Shown here in pieces: positions 38,371 to 48,430 of a stretch of DNA of 64,000 bases. Source of the DNA: a virus (Duplodnaviria; Heunggongvirae; Uroviricota; Caudoviricetes); IMG/VR virus record IMGVR_UViG_3300028025_001180; one strand, written 5' to 3'. The translations under genes and the position numbers were made by a program. Under the pieces are notes generated by a model that did no database searches, was not told the origin of the DNA, and saw nothing but the letters and a program-made list of their open reading frames with translations. The first letter of the stretch is position 1. Each line of letters opens with the position of its first letter.

Positions 38371-39236
38371 TATTTGTAAGAGATTTGAGCAGGTGCAATA
38401 ATGAATTGAGAAACTATATGTGCTTCAGAGCTATTGTCAAGAATGTGTCTCACCTTAAGATCCTTAGCTCTTAATGGTTCTTTCTTGAATGATCTTTTTC
38501 CATAATCCATATTCACTTGATTTACAACCTTATCTATTGATAAAGTTTCACAACTTGTTGAAAACAAAGGTAATGCTTTATTCTTAACTAACCCCCAGAA
38601 TGTATTGTATTGATAGAAGTTATCTGACTTAGTATAAGTAATAGTCTTGCTAAACTCATTATATATAGGATAGGTTAAGTACTGACTTAGGTTATTGATT
38701 GGCTTTGGTACAAGTTCTAATATACCTGTGGACTGTTGTCCATTGTATAGAACAGCTTTGTTAAACCATTGATTATCAACCTGTACCTGAGCATTGTCAT
38801 TAAACACACCATCTGGAATAGGTAAGTAATTAAACACCTTACTATAGTCTTTTACATTCTGAAGTATCTCATCATATGTTTGGTAAGCAAATGGATATTC
38901 AATTATGTATGGTTCTATATTACCATAATACTTGTTATAGTTAACTACATCTGTTAGATGTCTCCACATAGATCCTGTGTTACATACAGTGTATTGTAAA
39001 GCAGCTAGTTGTTCTTTAGTAGCTGTACCAATTGTAACATTGATACTAGTAGAACATTTACCTTGAGATTGTATAACTATTGTAGTAACAGCATCAGCAA
39101 CACTAACAGTGTAACCATCAATAAGGTTTTGCTTAGTAATGTCAGTGCCCAAAACTGTCCCTAAGTTATCAGAGATATCAAAGGGTCCTGTTCTGCCACC
39201 TGAGCAAGTTAATCTTATTATTACTGTCTTAGCCAT
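38370..39236 (-). CDS. Hypothetical tail or structural protein, 288 aa.
   Basis: ORF track. Compact spacing within the structural block. Confidence 0.55.
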   Translation of the reverse strand: MAKTVIIRLTCSGGRTGPFDISDNLGTVLGTDITKQNLIDGYTVSVADAVTTIVIQSQGKCSTSINVTIGTATKEQLAALQYTVCNTGSMWRHLTDVVNYNKYYGNIEPYIIEYPFAYQTYDEILQNVKDYSKVFNYLPIPDGVFNDNAQVQVDNQWFNKAVLYNGQQSTGILELVPKPINNLSQYLTYPIYNEFSKTITYTKSDNFYQYNTFWGLVKNKALPLFSTSCETLSIDKVVNQVNMDYGKRSFKKEPLRAKDLKVRHILDNSSEAHIVSQFIIAPAQISYK

Positions 39237-39246
39237 CTATTGTTGT

Positions 39247-42200
39247 TTAGGGTTGTTCTTCAACTGTTCCTTCTAATACACAAGGGTATCCTGTTACCAC
39301 TGCTGTACCAGTTAGGTTACAATACGTAATTATTGTGGTTGTTGTAGTTGTGGTTGGAGAAGGTATTTCTGTAACTGCTATTGCTGTGACATCACATCCT
39401 TCATTTAAGCCAGAATAGAAGAAGTTATTTTCTCCTATATAGAAGTTAGGTAGGTACGTATGGAAACTCACCCAGCTCTTTGTATTCAAGTTAAATGATG
39501 CAGTCCATGATTTATTACAGAAGTATTCAAGGTCTGTCACCTCAACATATTTCTTAACTTCAATATCACCAGCTATAGGTTGGTTAACATAAAACTCTTT
39601 AGCCACCTCATCATAGAACACATCCTTAGTTGGCTGAGGAATGTAGTCTAACTTAGTAATAATGATTCTTTCAAACTTACTATCAAATACACCATGAAGA
39701 CCAATGTTTTTGAAATGGTTATCTGTATCTACTGTTGGGAAGTATCTCAAGATTTCAAATGCCAAATGGTCTGTAAAGAACCTATTAAGACCAGAACCAA
39801 ACCCTGAAATTTCCTGTGCTTGCGTACCTTGAATTAAAAAGACTTGACCTCTCTTAGCATCAATAGTTACTTGTCCTTGAGGTATCTTAAGTAACATCTT
39901 ATTTTGACAACCAACAAATCCAAGATCTGTCTCAGCAAAATCAATTGGAGGTGCATTGTTACTACTAAATAAAGAAGGATTACCTAAATATGCAGCCTGA
40001 GGATTACTTGTTTCAATAGTTAATAAGTTACCATACAATAATGTTTTATTCTCAAATCTAGCTAATGTAGCTCTATTTTGTATACCATCTAATGATATTA
40101 ACTTACCATAGTTTTGAGGGAAATCAAAGAAACTCACTGGGCGATATATCAACCAACTGTTTATTCTGTTATCAGAATAGCTTTGTTGTGCATCAGAATA
40201 TATTGCTCTGAATGGAAAGTCTCTATAACACAATTGCTTTACCCAGTCTGCTGGTAAATGAGAGAAGAAGTTTTCTGTATTCTGCTTAGAGAAGGTTGTA
40301 TTGTAATAATATGTATTATCAAAAGCAATAGGAACTCTACTTTCTTGGAACCAACTATCAGGGATGCCTGAGCTCACGTGTGGGTAGAAGTCACCCTCTA
40401 AGTTATTGAATGCCTGACGTAAGTCTACATTAATAGAACTTTCTACATAATAGTAAGGAATACCATAAGCAAACAAATACATCTTACCATCATACACATA
40501 ATTCAAAGAACCAGCTGTAACTGTTCCAATAGGAGGTGTAGTGGAACTTGTTGTAGTGCTTGTAGATGTTTCTACAGCACTGTCATTAGGACAGTCAAGA
40601 TAGTTTGCTTTGGTGGATATAATATTCTTCATTAACGTGCTCCCCACATAATAATCAGATAGTATAGATCTAGCTGAATACCAGTATTGTGGATAGGCTA
40701 TGTTACCAATCTCATCATAGTATATATCAGAATCATCAGGAGCATTTACTCTATTATCTATAAAGAATGGAAGCTTTGTCTTAAATCCAAATCTACCAAT
40801 ATATGTATCTCCTCCAAATATAGTCTCAATAGTAGATGGTGAAACAAGTCTTGTTTGGAATCCTGTATCAATAGTTTGATACGAATATATCTGTCCCCAT
40901 TGAGCATTATTAATAACCTTTATAGAACCATAATAAGATACTACCTTAATATCTCTTTGAGCCTCAGGGCTAGCACAGTTACCTGCTTCTGAAATTGTAA
41001 ACCTTGAATTATCACTAATCTGACTTACACCTGCTATAACAAGAGATGACGTTTGATTAGGATATGGCAAAGGAGCTACTGTAAAAGGTACACCATCTCT
41101 ACTATCAATAGTTTTGATATAAACTGAAGATTCTCTATTCCAGTTGTTAAGATCATAGTTATCTCCTACTGATTGTACACCAGGGAATACATATTGAGAT
41201 TTGTCAAGTTGTCTTTGTTTGATTCCTTGATTATTAGGAATATCTGCACTATAGTCATAGCTAGATCTAGAGTTGAAAGAATAAGCAAAGTTTTTTCTAC
41301 TGATACCATTTACATAAATTTGTAAGTAAGTCTGGTATGCTGTAAAGAAAGCTATAGCACTAAATCCTCCAAGGTCTGCTATTCTCTTACTAGAGTTTAA
41401 TGCATCAACTTGTGTTTGTTCAGTGAGAAGTTTATATTTAGAATGCTTCTCCACCTCAACAAAGTGAGCTTTACCACCACCAAACAATACACTTTCTAAC
41501 TTAAGAACATTGCCTAATGTAGGCTGTCCAAAAGAGGTTTCTGGAGAATTGAAAACTTGTCTATAAGCAGAATCAGGATTGTTAAATCCATTTAACTTAT
41601 TTGGATAGCACTCAATATTTTGATTAGTGTTAGTAACAACAACAGTAGCTTTAGGGTTTCCACTAGTACGTACTGGAACCGTTGTTGAGTTTACTGTTAC
41701 AGGATTACCAAAACTAACTGTAATATTTGTAAGAGCGTCTGTAATTGGATCTGTATATTGAAAAACAGTAGATCCAAGTATAGAACTAGTTACAGTTAAT
41801 ACATATGCTGTGTTTGTAATATTAGTAAATGTAGCACTTCCTGTTATGACTGTAGGAAGTGTAATAGAACATATCTCACTAGTTCCAACAGCAAATGCTT
41901 GACTATCTATTTCTCCTGTAAAACAGTTTGTATATTGTAATGTACCAGCAGTAGTGGCTACTATTTGATATGTATCACATTGAGAATTGTAAGCATTGTT
42001 TCTCTCAAGTAAGAATGGATCTTCATTTAAGTCATTATAAGGATAGTTAGGATAGTAATAGTAAGTAGCATTAGGATCACTAGGATTTTCTCTAGTGTAC
42101 TTACCTACGTTTCTAAGAATACCTTTGGCAATGATAGACTTGTTAGTACTTCTATTACCTCTTACTATTTTAAATCCAACAATAGATGCCTTCTCTGCAT

Positions 42201-43956
42201 CTGTTAAACTAGAGCTTTGAATAGCAAACGCTACTTGTTGTACATCTATTTTTACACCTATTGGATAGATTGCATTAGCAGTTTGCATAACTGGTTCTAT
42301 CTGACCTCCAACATATACAACGCTTGGACTCTCAAAGTAAGGACTTACAAGAACATCAGGAAACTTATGATGTCTAATAGGTTGATCAGCAAGATCTCCC
42401 CATACGTCCACATTACATGGATATTTCTCTGAAGACTCCCAATATGCAAATTCTCCAGACTGGTAAGGATACGCATCTCCTATTCTAGGAGTGTCTTCTG
42501 TAGGAGCAGGATATGTTGTAGATACACTTGCAGTGTTATATATTTTCCAATATGGTTGAGGAGCTCCATCTCCAATGTAATCAGCATTATCTGTTGTTAC
42601 ATCTGACTCAGAAAACTCATTAAAGTTCTTTGCTCTACCAGGAATATGGAAACCATCTGTTTGTTTACCATTGGCTAATAAAAATACTATTTCAAACGCA
42701 TATACCTCATCTCTCAAATATCCTCTCAAGTTAGCTGTATAAAAACCATCAGCATAGGTATTACCAGCTGGTAGTTTATATGTCTCCCATTGAAGTTGTA
42801 TTTGATTAGCAATGCTTTGATAGTTGATTCTATCAATAGAAGTTAAGTTGTCCCAAACTATGACATCTTGTACGTTTGTTACATCTTGAGCAATATCATA
42901 ATAAGGAAACTTTTCAAGAACGTCTGCAAGACTCAAAGGAATCTGAGTTGTATTCTGTCCTGTATAAGTGATTGATGTAGATTTTTCTTGAATGTTATAT
43001 GTTCCCACTAATTCTACAGTGGTACCATTATTAATGGTCTTTATAACAGCTAAGTTAAAGTATTGGAAGTATCCTGTAACATCTAAGTTAGTAATATTTA
43101 ATACAATAGATTCACCTACAGAATATTGAAAATCAGGAGTGGTCACTTCTGTATTTGCAATAGATGTAGGATTAGTTACAGAATAGTAAGATGTATAAGC
43201 ATCTCCTGAAGCATTACCATATTGAATAGCAAACTGATAAGTACCTGCTTTTAAATCTCCTCCTACAACAATATCAGAAACTTCTATATTAGGAATTTGA
43301 AAGTTAGGTTGTACATTTAACTTATTACAATCTAATGTTGCTTGGATTTGGGGATCACAAGTCTGATCATTTAGGTAGTTGGTAATGTAAGGAACCTGTT
43401 CAATGTTGATAAATCTTCTTGGATTTAACCCATCAGTCCAATATACTTCTGTAGTACAGTTAGTTATCTTATGTACAGCTTTGTGTATTGGATAGTTTAT
43501 GTCAAAGTTTAAGCATGGAGAATTAGCACAAACTGTTAGTTCTGTATCAGGAATAGGAGTACAAAGTGTGTGGTATACACAGTCATTGTTATCCATATAT
43601 CCTATCTCACTTCCTCCTGTTTCAGGATTTGCTAAGAAGAATATATGTTTGTTTTTCTCTTGAATGAAATGTGTTCCAATAAGTTGGTATCCTTCAGGGA
43701 ACTCTAGACAAGCTTCATTACTTGGCTCATTCTGATAACTTACAGAATTGGAGTCAAAGTTTTCTAATGCTGCGTTTAGAGCATAGGAAAGCTTACCCTT
43801 CTGTACTTGATTTACAGAAGAGTCCATATCTAATCCAACTCTGCCAAGATTGTATTCTTGTCTTATGTTGGAAGGTCCTTGATTATCTATTCCATCCACT
43901 GCCATATCTTGAGCTTCTATTTGGTAATTCATATTGTGCAAAGCGTTGTAAGTCAT
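39247..43956 (-). CDS. Large tail structural protein, 1569 aa. It is a candidate tail hub or muzzle-type protein with a poly-Thr linker near the C-terminus.
   Basis: A long ORF with a TTTTTTTIITYC linker. The start as listed in the ORF track overlaps the upstream gene by 74 nt, so the true start may be a downstream Met (43932, 43905 or 43833). Confidence 0.65.
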   Translation of the reverse strand: MTYNALHNMNYQIEAQDMAVDGIDNQGPSNIRQEYNLGRVGLDMDSSVNQVQKGKLSYALNAALENFDSNSVSYQNEPSNEACLEFPEGYQLIGTHFIQEKNKHIFFLANPETGGSEIGYMDNNDCVYHTLCTPIPDTELTVCANSPCLNFDINYPIHKAVHKITNCTTEVYWTDGLNPRRFINIEQVPYITNYLNDQTCDPQIQATLDCNKLNVQPNFQIPNIEVSDIVVGGDLKAGTYQFAIQYGNASGDAYTSYYSVTNPTSIANTEVTTPDFQYSVGESIVLNITNLDVTGYFQYFNLAVIKTINNGTTVELVGTYNIQEKSTSITYTGQNTTQIPLSLADVLEKFPYYDIAQDVTNVQDVIVWDNLTSIDRINYQSIANQIQLQWETYKLPAGNTYADGFYTANLRGYLRDEVYAFEIVFLLANGKQTDGFHIPGRAKNFNEFSESDVTTDNADYIGDGAPQPYWKIYNTASVSTTYPAPTEDTPRIGDAYPYQSGEFAYWESSEKYPCNVDVWGDLADQPIRHHKFPDVLVSPYFESPSVVYVGGQIEPVMQTANAIYPIGVKIDVQQVAFAIQSSSLTDAEKASIVGFKIVRGNRSTNKSIIAKGILRNVGKYTRENPSDPNATYYYYPNYPYNDLNEDPFLLERNNAYNSQCDTYQIVATTAGTLQYTNCFTGEIDSQAFAVGTSEICSITLPTVITGSATFTNITNTAYVLTVTSSILGSTVFQYTDPITDALTNITVSFGNPVTVNSTTVPVRTSGNPKATVVVTNTNQNIECYPNKLNGFNNPDSAYRQVFNSPETSFGQPTLGNVLKLESVLFGGGKAHFVEVEKHSKYKLLTEQTQVDALNSSKRIADLGGFSAIAFFTAYQTYLQIYVNGISRKNFAYSFNSRSSYDYSADIPNNQGIKQRQLDKSQYVFPGVQSVGDNYDLNNWNRESSVYIKTIDSRDGVPFTVAPLPYPNQTSSLVIAGVSQISDNSRFTISEAGNCASPEAQRDIKVVSYYGSIKVINNAQWGQIYSYQTIDTGFQTRLVSPSTIETIFGGDTYIGRFGFKTKLPFFIDNRVNAPDDSDIYYDEIGNIAYPQYWYSARSILSDYYVGSTLMKNIISTKANYLDCPNDSAVETSTSTTTSSTTPPIGTVTAGSLNYVYDGKMYLFAYGIPYYYVESSINVDLRQAFNNLEGDFYPHVSSGIPDSWFQESRVPIAFDNTYYYNTTFSKQNTENFFSHLPADWVKQLCYRDFPFRAIYSDAQQSYSDNRINSWLIYRPVSFFDFPQNYGKLISLDGIQNRATLARFENKTLLYGNLLTIETSNPQAAYLGNPSLFSSNNAPPIDFAETDLGFVGCQNKMLLKIPQGQVTIDAKRGQVFLIQGTQAQEISGFGSGLNRFFTDHLAFEILRYFPTVDTDNHFKNIGLHGVFDSKFERIIITKLDYIPQPTKDVFYDEVAKEFYVNQPIAGDIEVKKYVEVTDLEYFCNKSWTASFNLNTKSWVSFHTYLPNFYIGENNFFYSGLNEGCDVTAIAVTEIPSPTTTTTTTIITYCNLTGTAVVTGYPCVLEGTVEEQP

Positions 43957-44857
43957 TTCTTACTCTTCTTTGCTTAGTCCATGCGTCTTGCTTCTTTATT
44001 TCAATGTTAGCCATGATGAACGCTTCATCATGTAGCTGTTTGTAGTATACTAACTTCTGCTGTATTTGATTGAAAGTTTCATCATTGATTTGATTAGACA
44101 ATGTTTCAAACACCTTGTATTTAATAAAGGCTTCTACAAACTCTCTAATACGATAGTTATCAGGAATTAACTGATTACCTACAGCATCGTAGTCTGTAGC
44201 ATAGAATATCATATGAACAACACCAGAACTAAAGTTAGTGACAAACTTATTATCTCTAATATCAAAGCTATCATAACCAGCACTTCCTGGAGTGAACTCA
44301 CGTACAGGAGGTACACTTGAATAGAATTGCCAAGCATCTGTATAACTTACATCACATCTGTTTTGACAAGAAATATTACCTGGTTTTAATAGATATTCTT
44401 TTCTTATCCCTCTAGCAATCTGTTGATTAGTTTTGTATACAGTTTGTATAATCTCAGGCATACAGCTACCATCACATCCTACATTACCACAACATGGACT
44501 AGGAATAGTACAGTCTGTTACAATAGGACTCACTTGAATAGTTGTTTGTGTAGCAGCTTGAGAATAGAATGAGTTAGCTGTTTGATATGGATAGTTAGAT
44601 GGTATCTCTGTACACATCCAAGCTTCTCTAACAGCAAAGAAGTTGTCAGGAAGTCTAGCTTCATAACCAGAAATATCTAATGTTTGTTCAGCAATAACAT
44701 AACTTGATCTGCCCAACTTTTGTAGACATTTGTCTAAGTAAGTAGGGAACATCAAATCATCCACTGCTCCTGTGTCAAAATAAGATTTTAACTCTTCTTT
44801 AACAGTTGAATAAACTGGTTCAGGTGAGACAAAATTGTACTTGTAGTAGTATGCCAT
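43883..44857 (-). CDS. Cys-rich structural protein, 324 aa (CCGNVGCDGSC).
   Basis: ORF track. Consistent orientation and spacing. Confidence 0.55.
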   Translation of the reverse strand: MAYYYKYNFVSPEPVYSTVKEELKSYFDTGAVDDLMFPTYLDKCLQKLGRSSYVIAEQTLDISGYEARLPDNFFAVREAWMCTEIPSNYPYQTANSFYSQAATQTTIQVSPIVTDCTIPSPCCGNVGCDGSCMPEIIQTVYKTNQQIARGIRKEYLLKPGNISCQNRCDVSYTDAWQFYSSVPPVREFTPGSAGYDSFDIRDNKFVTNFSSGVVHMIFYATDYDAVGNQLIPDNYRIREFVEAFIKYKVFETLSNQINDETFNQIQQKLVYYKQLHDEAFIMANIEIKKQDAWTKQRRVRNDLQRFAQYELPNRSSRYGSGWNR

Positions 44858-44863
44858 GTTCTT

Positions 44864-45340
44864 TTATTTTTTCCACTCACAATAAATGTGTTGGTATTTA
44901 TCATCTGTTTTTATGTAATGTGACAGCAATCTAGAAGTAGTACGAGAAGGTTTGAAATACCAAAGATTTATATTACGAATCCTAGTGGACTCTTTAAACC
45001 ACATCCAACCAAAGAAGAACCCCTCTGTATGGAAGTTGAAGTTGTAAATGATTTTTCCCTTTTGTTTTGTCTTCTGCCAATCAACTGGTAGATTGACCAT
45101 CTCCTTTCCATCAACTGTCTTTGTTTTCTTTCTCTTCTTTTTATTGATAGAGAACTCACCAAAGCCAAAAGGAAGCCTTGCTTTCTCTCCTGTTTCTAGA
45201 ATGTAGTTTTTAAAATTGTCATTATATAAATATATAATGTTTCGCCACTCATCAAATGTAATTTTAATAGTGGGATGTTTCTTACAAAAGTTACTGTAGT
45301 TTTCTTTACTAGAGCTTCTCCAGTCTATCTTAGTACGCAT
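44864..45340 (-). CDS. Basic hypothetical protein, 158 aa.
   Basis: ORF track. Its start overlaps the upstream stop (shared coordinate 45340). Confidence 0.5.
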   Translation of the reverse strand: MRTKIDWRSSSKENYSNFCKKHPTIKITFDEWRNIIYLYNDNFKNYILETGEKARLPFGFGEFSINKKKRKKTKTVDGKEMVNLPVDWQKTKQKGKIIYNFNFHTEGFFFGWMWFKESTRIRNINLWYFKPSRTTSRLLSHYIKTDDKYQHIYCEWKK

Positions 45341-46077
45341 TAGCTTGTTGGTTTTGCATTGGGAGCTTGTCCATCAATGCCATCAAATGTTTGGTCTGTT
45401 TTAATGCTAAAGTATGTCGATAATAGTTTTTGAGAAGTAAGTTGTAACACTTGTGTTATTAAGTAACCAGGACATCCATATTCCTTGTCTAATGGATTTA
45501 TACAATAATCTTCATCACTAACTTGAGGTATATTCCCACAAGCACAACCATCAGGATATAAAATGCTATTTGGAACATCTTCTTCAAAGAAGGCAGATAT
45601 TCTAACTGATTGTAAATTAGGATTGTTGATATATAAGTACCCACCATTTGCTATCCAATAGTATTGTTCAGCTTTGATAATAGGTAGTTTTAATAGATTT
45701 AAGTATCTATTGATTGTAATCTCTTTGAATCTTTTACCATTACCTCCCATAGCGTTTATAGAATAAACACCTTGGATTAAGTATTGATAGTTTCCCTCAC
45801 TGATGCGAGGAAGTTTATATCTGCTTCTTGCAACTTGACATGGTTCCACATATTCACAACAATCAGAGATGGGCACCTCTATCATTTCCAAACAAGGAAG
45901 TGTTTGGAATACAGTGTCAGTAGCCCAAAGCTTTCTGAGATTGGTCTCACGTTTGATTAGTAAAAGTGTGTTGTTCTTGATTTCAGACGCAACTACTCTA
46001 TCAGTAATTAGATTATCTGTAGTGAGCAATTTATGTACTGAACGTACATCTGAAACCATTTGTCTTAATGTTGCCAT
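45340..46077 (-). CDS. Cys-containing hypothetical structural protein, 245 aa.
   Basis: ORF track. Start and stop are coupled with the neighbouring genes. Confidence 0.5.
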   Translation of the reverse strand: MATLRQMVSDVRSVHKLLTTDNLITDRVVASEIKNNTLLLIKRETNLRKLWATDTVFQTLPCLEMIEVPISDCCEYVEPCQVARSRYKLPRISEGNYQYLIQGVYSINAMGGNGKRFKEITINRYLNLLKLPIIKAEQYYWIANGGYLYINNPNLQSVRISAFFEEDVPNSILYPDGCACGNIPQVSDEDYCINPLDKEYGCPGYLITQVLQLTSQKLLSTYFSIKTDQTFDGIDGQAPNAKPTS

Positions 46078-47327
46078 TATAAATACTGTTTGAATATATT
46101 TGTCATTCCATCACAGTCATCTATTAAAAATCCTGTTACTTCTGCCTTGGACATTGTGTGACCCATCTTGTCGTCCCAAAGACTTTTAGCATTTGAAAAT
46201 GCTGGAATTTGATAAAACTTTATACCATTAAAATCATGACTCACCTCATGGTGTTTGTCTCCTGTGAAGATGTAGAACTTGCTATGACTAGACCAATGTT
46301 CTCTAAACTCTATTGGAAATAAGGCTGCAAGCTTAGCTGGTTTGATAGCATCTCCATGGTTAAACATTAATGCTGAATCACCATAGCTTACGTACTTTCT
46401 ATACTTAGGAGAACAATCAAATGTTAATCTGTCTACGTTCCTGAAGTAGGTTTGTAACCAATTAACCATATGCCACCCTACAAACTCATCATGATTACCT
46501 GCTACATAGACTACATTAACAGTCTGAGCATATTGTAATAACATTGTAATCATTAACACCTCATGTCCACAGATGTATTCAAAAGATGTATGATATGTAT
46601 GTGTATTCTGTTGAGGAGTTCCTTTTGTAGTGGCATTAGTATACTCACTGTTAAACTCATCAGATCCTATTATATAAGTTATGTTCTCTAAGTTGTTGGA
46701 TAACTGAGCTTGATTAGCTATCAGTTCCACCTTGTACATAATGTTAGCTAGTCTGTCTGCTACATTATTGTTACCATCTATGTCCCATTTGTTTAAGTGA
46801 GAGTCTTGTTTGTTAATAAGTAACATACCATTTGGTTTGTTAAAATCAACCTTAGGGCTCATAACTTCTTGAGAAACAGGCTTATATGAAGCTAAAAAGT
46901 CTACAAACACATCTTGAAAAACTTGCTCTGTAGACTTCTTCCCTAACCATGCTTTGACTTGCCAATGAGGATTGTTTCCATTTCCCCAGAAGTTTTGGAC
47001 ATATTTGGTTATCTCCCACTTCTCTGTATCTATCTTACACTTCTCAATGAGTTCATCAAGACTTTTAACTTCTTCACTAAAATTAGCTACAACCTCTCCT
47101 GTACCCTTAGCCAAATCTTCTGTAAACTTAATCACTGCATTTTCTAACTCAGCAACGTAGTTTCCTATCTCAGCAGCTTCTTCACTTTGTTCTTGATTTC
47201 TTAATTCTTTTAATAGCTCATCCACCTCAAACTCTGTAATTCCAAGCTTATCAGCATAGAACTTTTTACTTTTTTTCCAGTGTAGAATCTCTTCTAGCTG
47301 TTGTAGCAAGGATTGATTTTCAGGCAT
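46077..47327 (-). CDS. Calcineurin-like metallophosphoesterase-fold protein, 416 aa, with an N-terminal coiled-coil. The motif set is incomplete, so it may be divergent or catalytically altered.
   Basis: VYVAGNHDEF (GNHD/E motif III) plus FNHGD and FTGDKHH. The canonical N-terminal GDxHG and GDxxDRG motifs are not recognisable. Confidence 0.55.
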   Translation of the reverse strand: MPENQSLLQQLEEILHWKKSKKFYADKLGITEFEVDELLKELRNQEQSEEAAEIGNYVAELENAVIKFTEDLAKGTGEVVANFSEEVKSLDELIEKCKIDTEKWEITKYVQNFWGNGNNPHWQVKAWLGKKSTEQVFQDVFVDFLASYKPVSQEVMSPKVDFNKPNGMLLINKQDSHLNKWDIDGNNNVADRLANIMYKVELIANQAQLSNNLENITYIIGSDEFNSEYTNATTKGTPQQNTHTYHTSFEYICGHEVLMITMLLQYAQTVNVVYVAGNHDEFVGWHMVNWLQTYFRNVDRLTFDCSPKYRKYVSYGDSALMFNHGDAIKPAKLAALFPIEFREHWSSHSKFYIFTGDKHHEVSHDFNGIKFYQIPAFSNAKSLWDDKMGHTMSKAEVTGFLIDDCDGMTNIFKQYL

Positions 47328-47435
47328 ATGTAGTTTAGTTTAGTTAAAATTACTGTAAAGGTAAGAACTATTTCTGACATTTTCAAAATTTTACTAACTA
47401 ATTTAATTATATAGAATAACTTTTTTAGTTAGAGT

Positions 47436-47470
47436 TTAAACAAAAACCCCCAGGGTAGAAACCCTAGGGG
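47436..47470 (-). terminator. Intrinsic terminator downstream of the 208-aa gene.
   Basis: The minus-strand RNA reads CCCCUAGGGU-uucu-ACCCUGGGGG (9 of 10 bp, GC-rich) followed by UUUUUGUUU. It sits 40 nt past the stop at 47510. Confidence 0.7.
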
Positions 47471-47509
47471 AGACCTTCTGTAAACCAACAAACAGAGGTT
47501 TTTAACTAT

Positions 47510-48136
47510 TTATGAACTACAGCTAGCATTTAAACTAAATGAACCAGAGCTAGTGAAACAGTTCACTGTGTCTGTTCTTAAGCGATAGCTACCTGCAGAT
47601 AATGTGTTAAGAGCCAAATCAGATGTCCAACTACCTGGAGCAGAACCTACCTGAGTATAGTTGAATGTGTACAACACTGTATCATTAGCAGCATTCATAA
47701 TGTACGCTGTATAAGTTCTTGTACCACTTCCAGAGTAGTAATATCCACCAGGAGTGATTAGAGCTGTATTTCCTGCAGTCACTGTGAACAGAGCTGATTC
47801 TCCACCTGCACATGATGCCACCGCACTTGTATCACCAGTTAAACATGCTGGAACTGGTGTAGTTGATGTACTTGTTGTAGAAGTAGAAGAAGTACTAGTA
47901 GTAGTAGTGGTAGTTGCACCACTTAAAAGCATATCTAGATAATTTGTACAAGTGCCTGTAGATTGTGCTCTGATAACAGATGCTGCATCTGGTACACCTG
48001 TAAGGCTATATCCTGCCAATAATGCAGCTCTAGATACTCCTGTTGCTAATGGTGTAGTATATCCATCTACATTTGAAAAAAGGTTAAAGGGACCTACATC
48101 TGTCCCTGCTAAAGTTAATGTTACTAATACTGTCAT
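47510..48136 (-). CDS. Ser/Thr-rich surface protein, 208 aa, with a poly-Thr/Ser linker. Candidate fibre distal domain or decoration protein.
   Basis: TTTTTTSTSSTSTTSTSTT linker. It starts 14 nt after the 86-aa anchor-module ORF and is followed by a strong terminator. Confidence 0.6.
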   Translation of the reverse strand: MTVLVTLTLAGTDVGPFNLFSNVDGYTTPLATGVSRAALLAGYSLTGVPDAASVIRAQSTGTCTNYLDMLLSGATTTTTTSTSSTSTTSTSTTPVPACLTGDTSAVASCAGGESALFTVTAGNTALITPGGYYYSGSGTRTYTAYIMNAANDTVLYTFNYTQVGSAPGSWTSDLALNTLSAGSYRLRTDTVNCFTSSGSFSLNASCSS

Positions 48137-48150
48137 AATTTTTTTTTATT

Positions 48151-48411
48151 TTATGGACACTCACTCAATAGGTTACAAAGCATACTTTTTAACTGTACGT
48201 TATTTCCAATAGCAGTTAAAATTGCTTGTGCTAATGCTGTTGGGTCTAGTTCACTATCTATTTTTTCAATAGCAACTGTTAAACAATCATGTGTTTGAAT
48301 GCCTGAATAAGGTAAGTTAGGTCCACTATAATATACGCAATTTGAATTAATCTCAGAACAGCAATCATTTGATTGATATCCTCCACAGTTCATTCCTGGT
48401 AAACAAGCCAT
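48151..48411 (-). CDS. ORF of 86 aa consisting only of the conserved N-terminal fibre-anchor module.
   Basis: MACLPGMNCGGYQSNDCCSEINSNCVYYSGPNLPYSGIQTHDCLTVAIEKID aligns with the N-termini of the 2403-aa and 376-aa fibres. Confidence 0.5.
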   Translation of the reverse strand: MACLPGMNCGGYQSNDCCSEINSNCVYYSGPNLPYSGIQTHDCLTVAIEKIDSELDPTALAQAILTAIGNNVQLKSMLCNLLSECP

Positions 48412-48430
48412 TTATTGTTGGTTTAATATG

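Noticed and set aside
47328-47435. A canonical Bacteroidota sigma-A promoter (-33 TTG / -7 TAnnTTTG) upstream of the phosphoesterase-like gene, and similarly in 56526..56644 upstream of the scaffold gene.
   Set aside because: The AT-rich sequence contains only near-matches (for example TAAAATTTTG) and no exact TAnnTTTG. It is reported only as a candidate restart region, not as a called promoter.
48137-48150. A9 homopolymer between the 86-aa anchor-module ORF and the 208-aa gene. It was considered as a programmed frameshift or transcriptional slippage site that would fuse the two into one fibre.
   Set aside because: The upstream ORF ends at a TAA before the A-run. The downstream ATG is in a different frame and lies 14 nt past the stop. 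Slippage in the A-run cannot bypass the stop. It is more likely an A-rich translation-initiation spacer.
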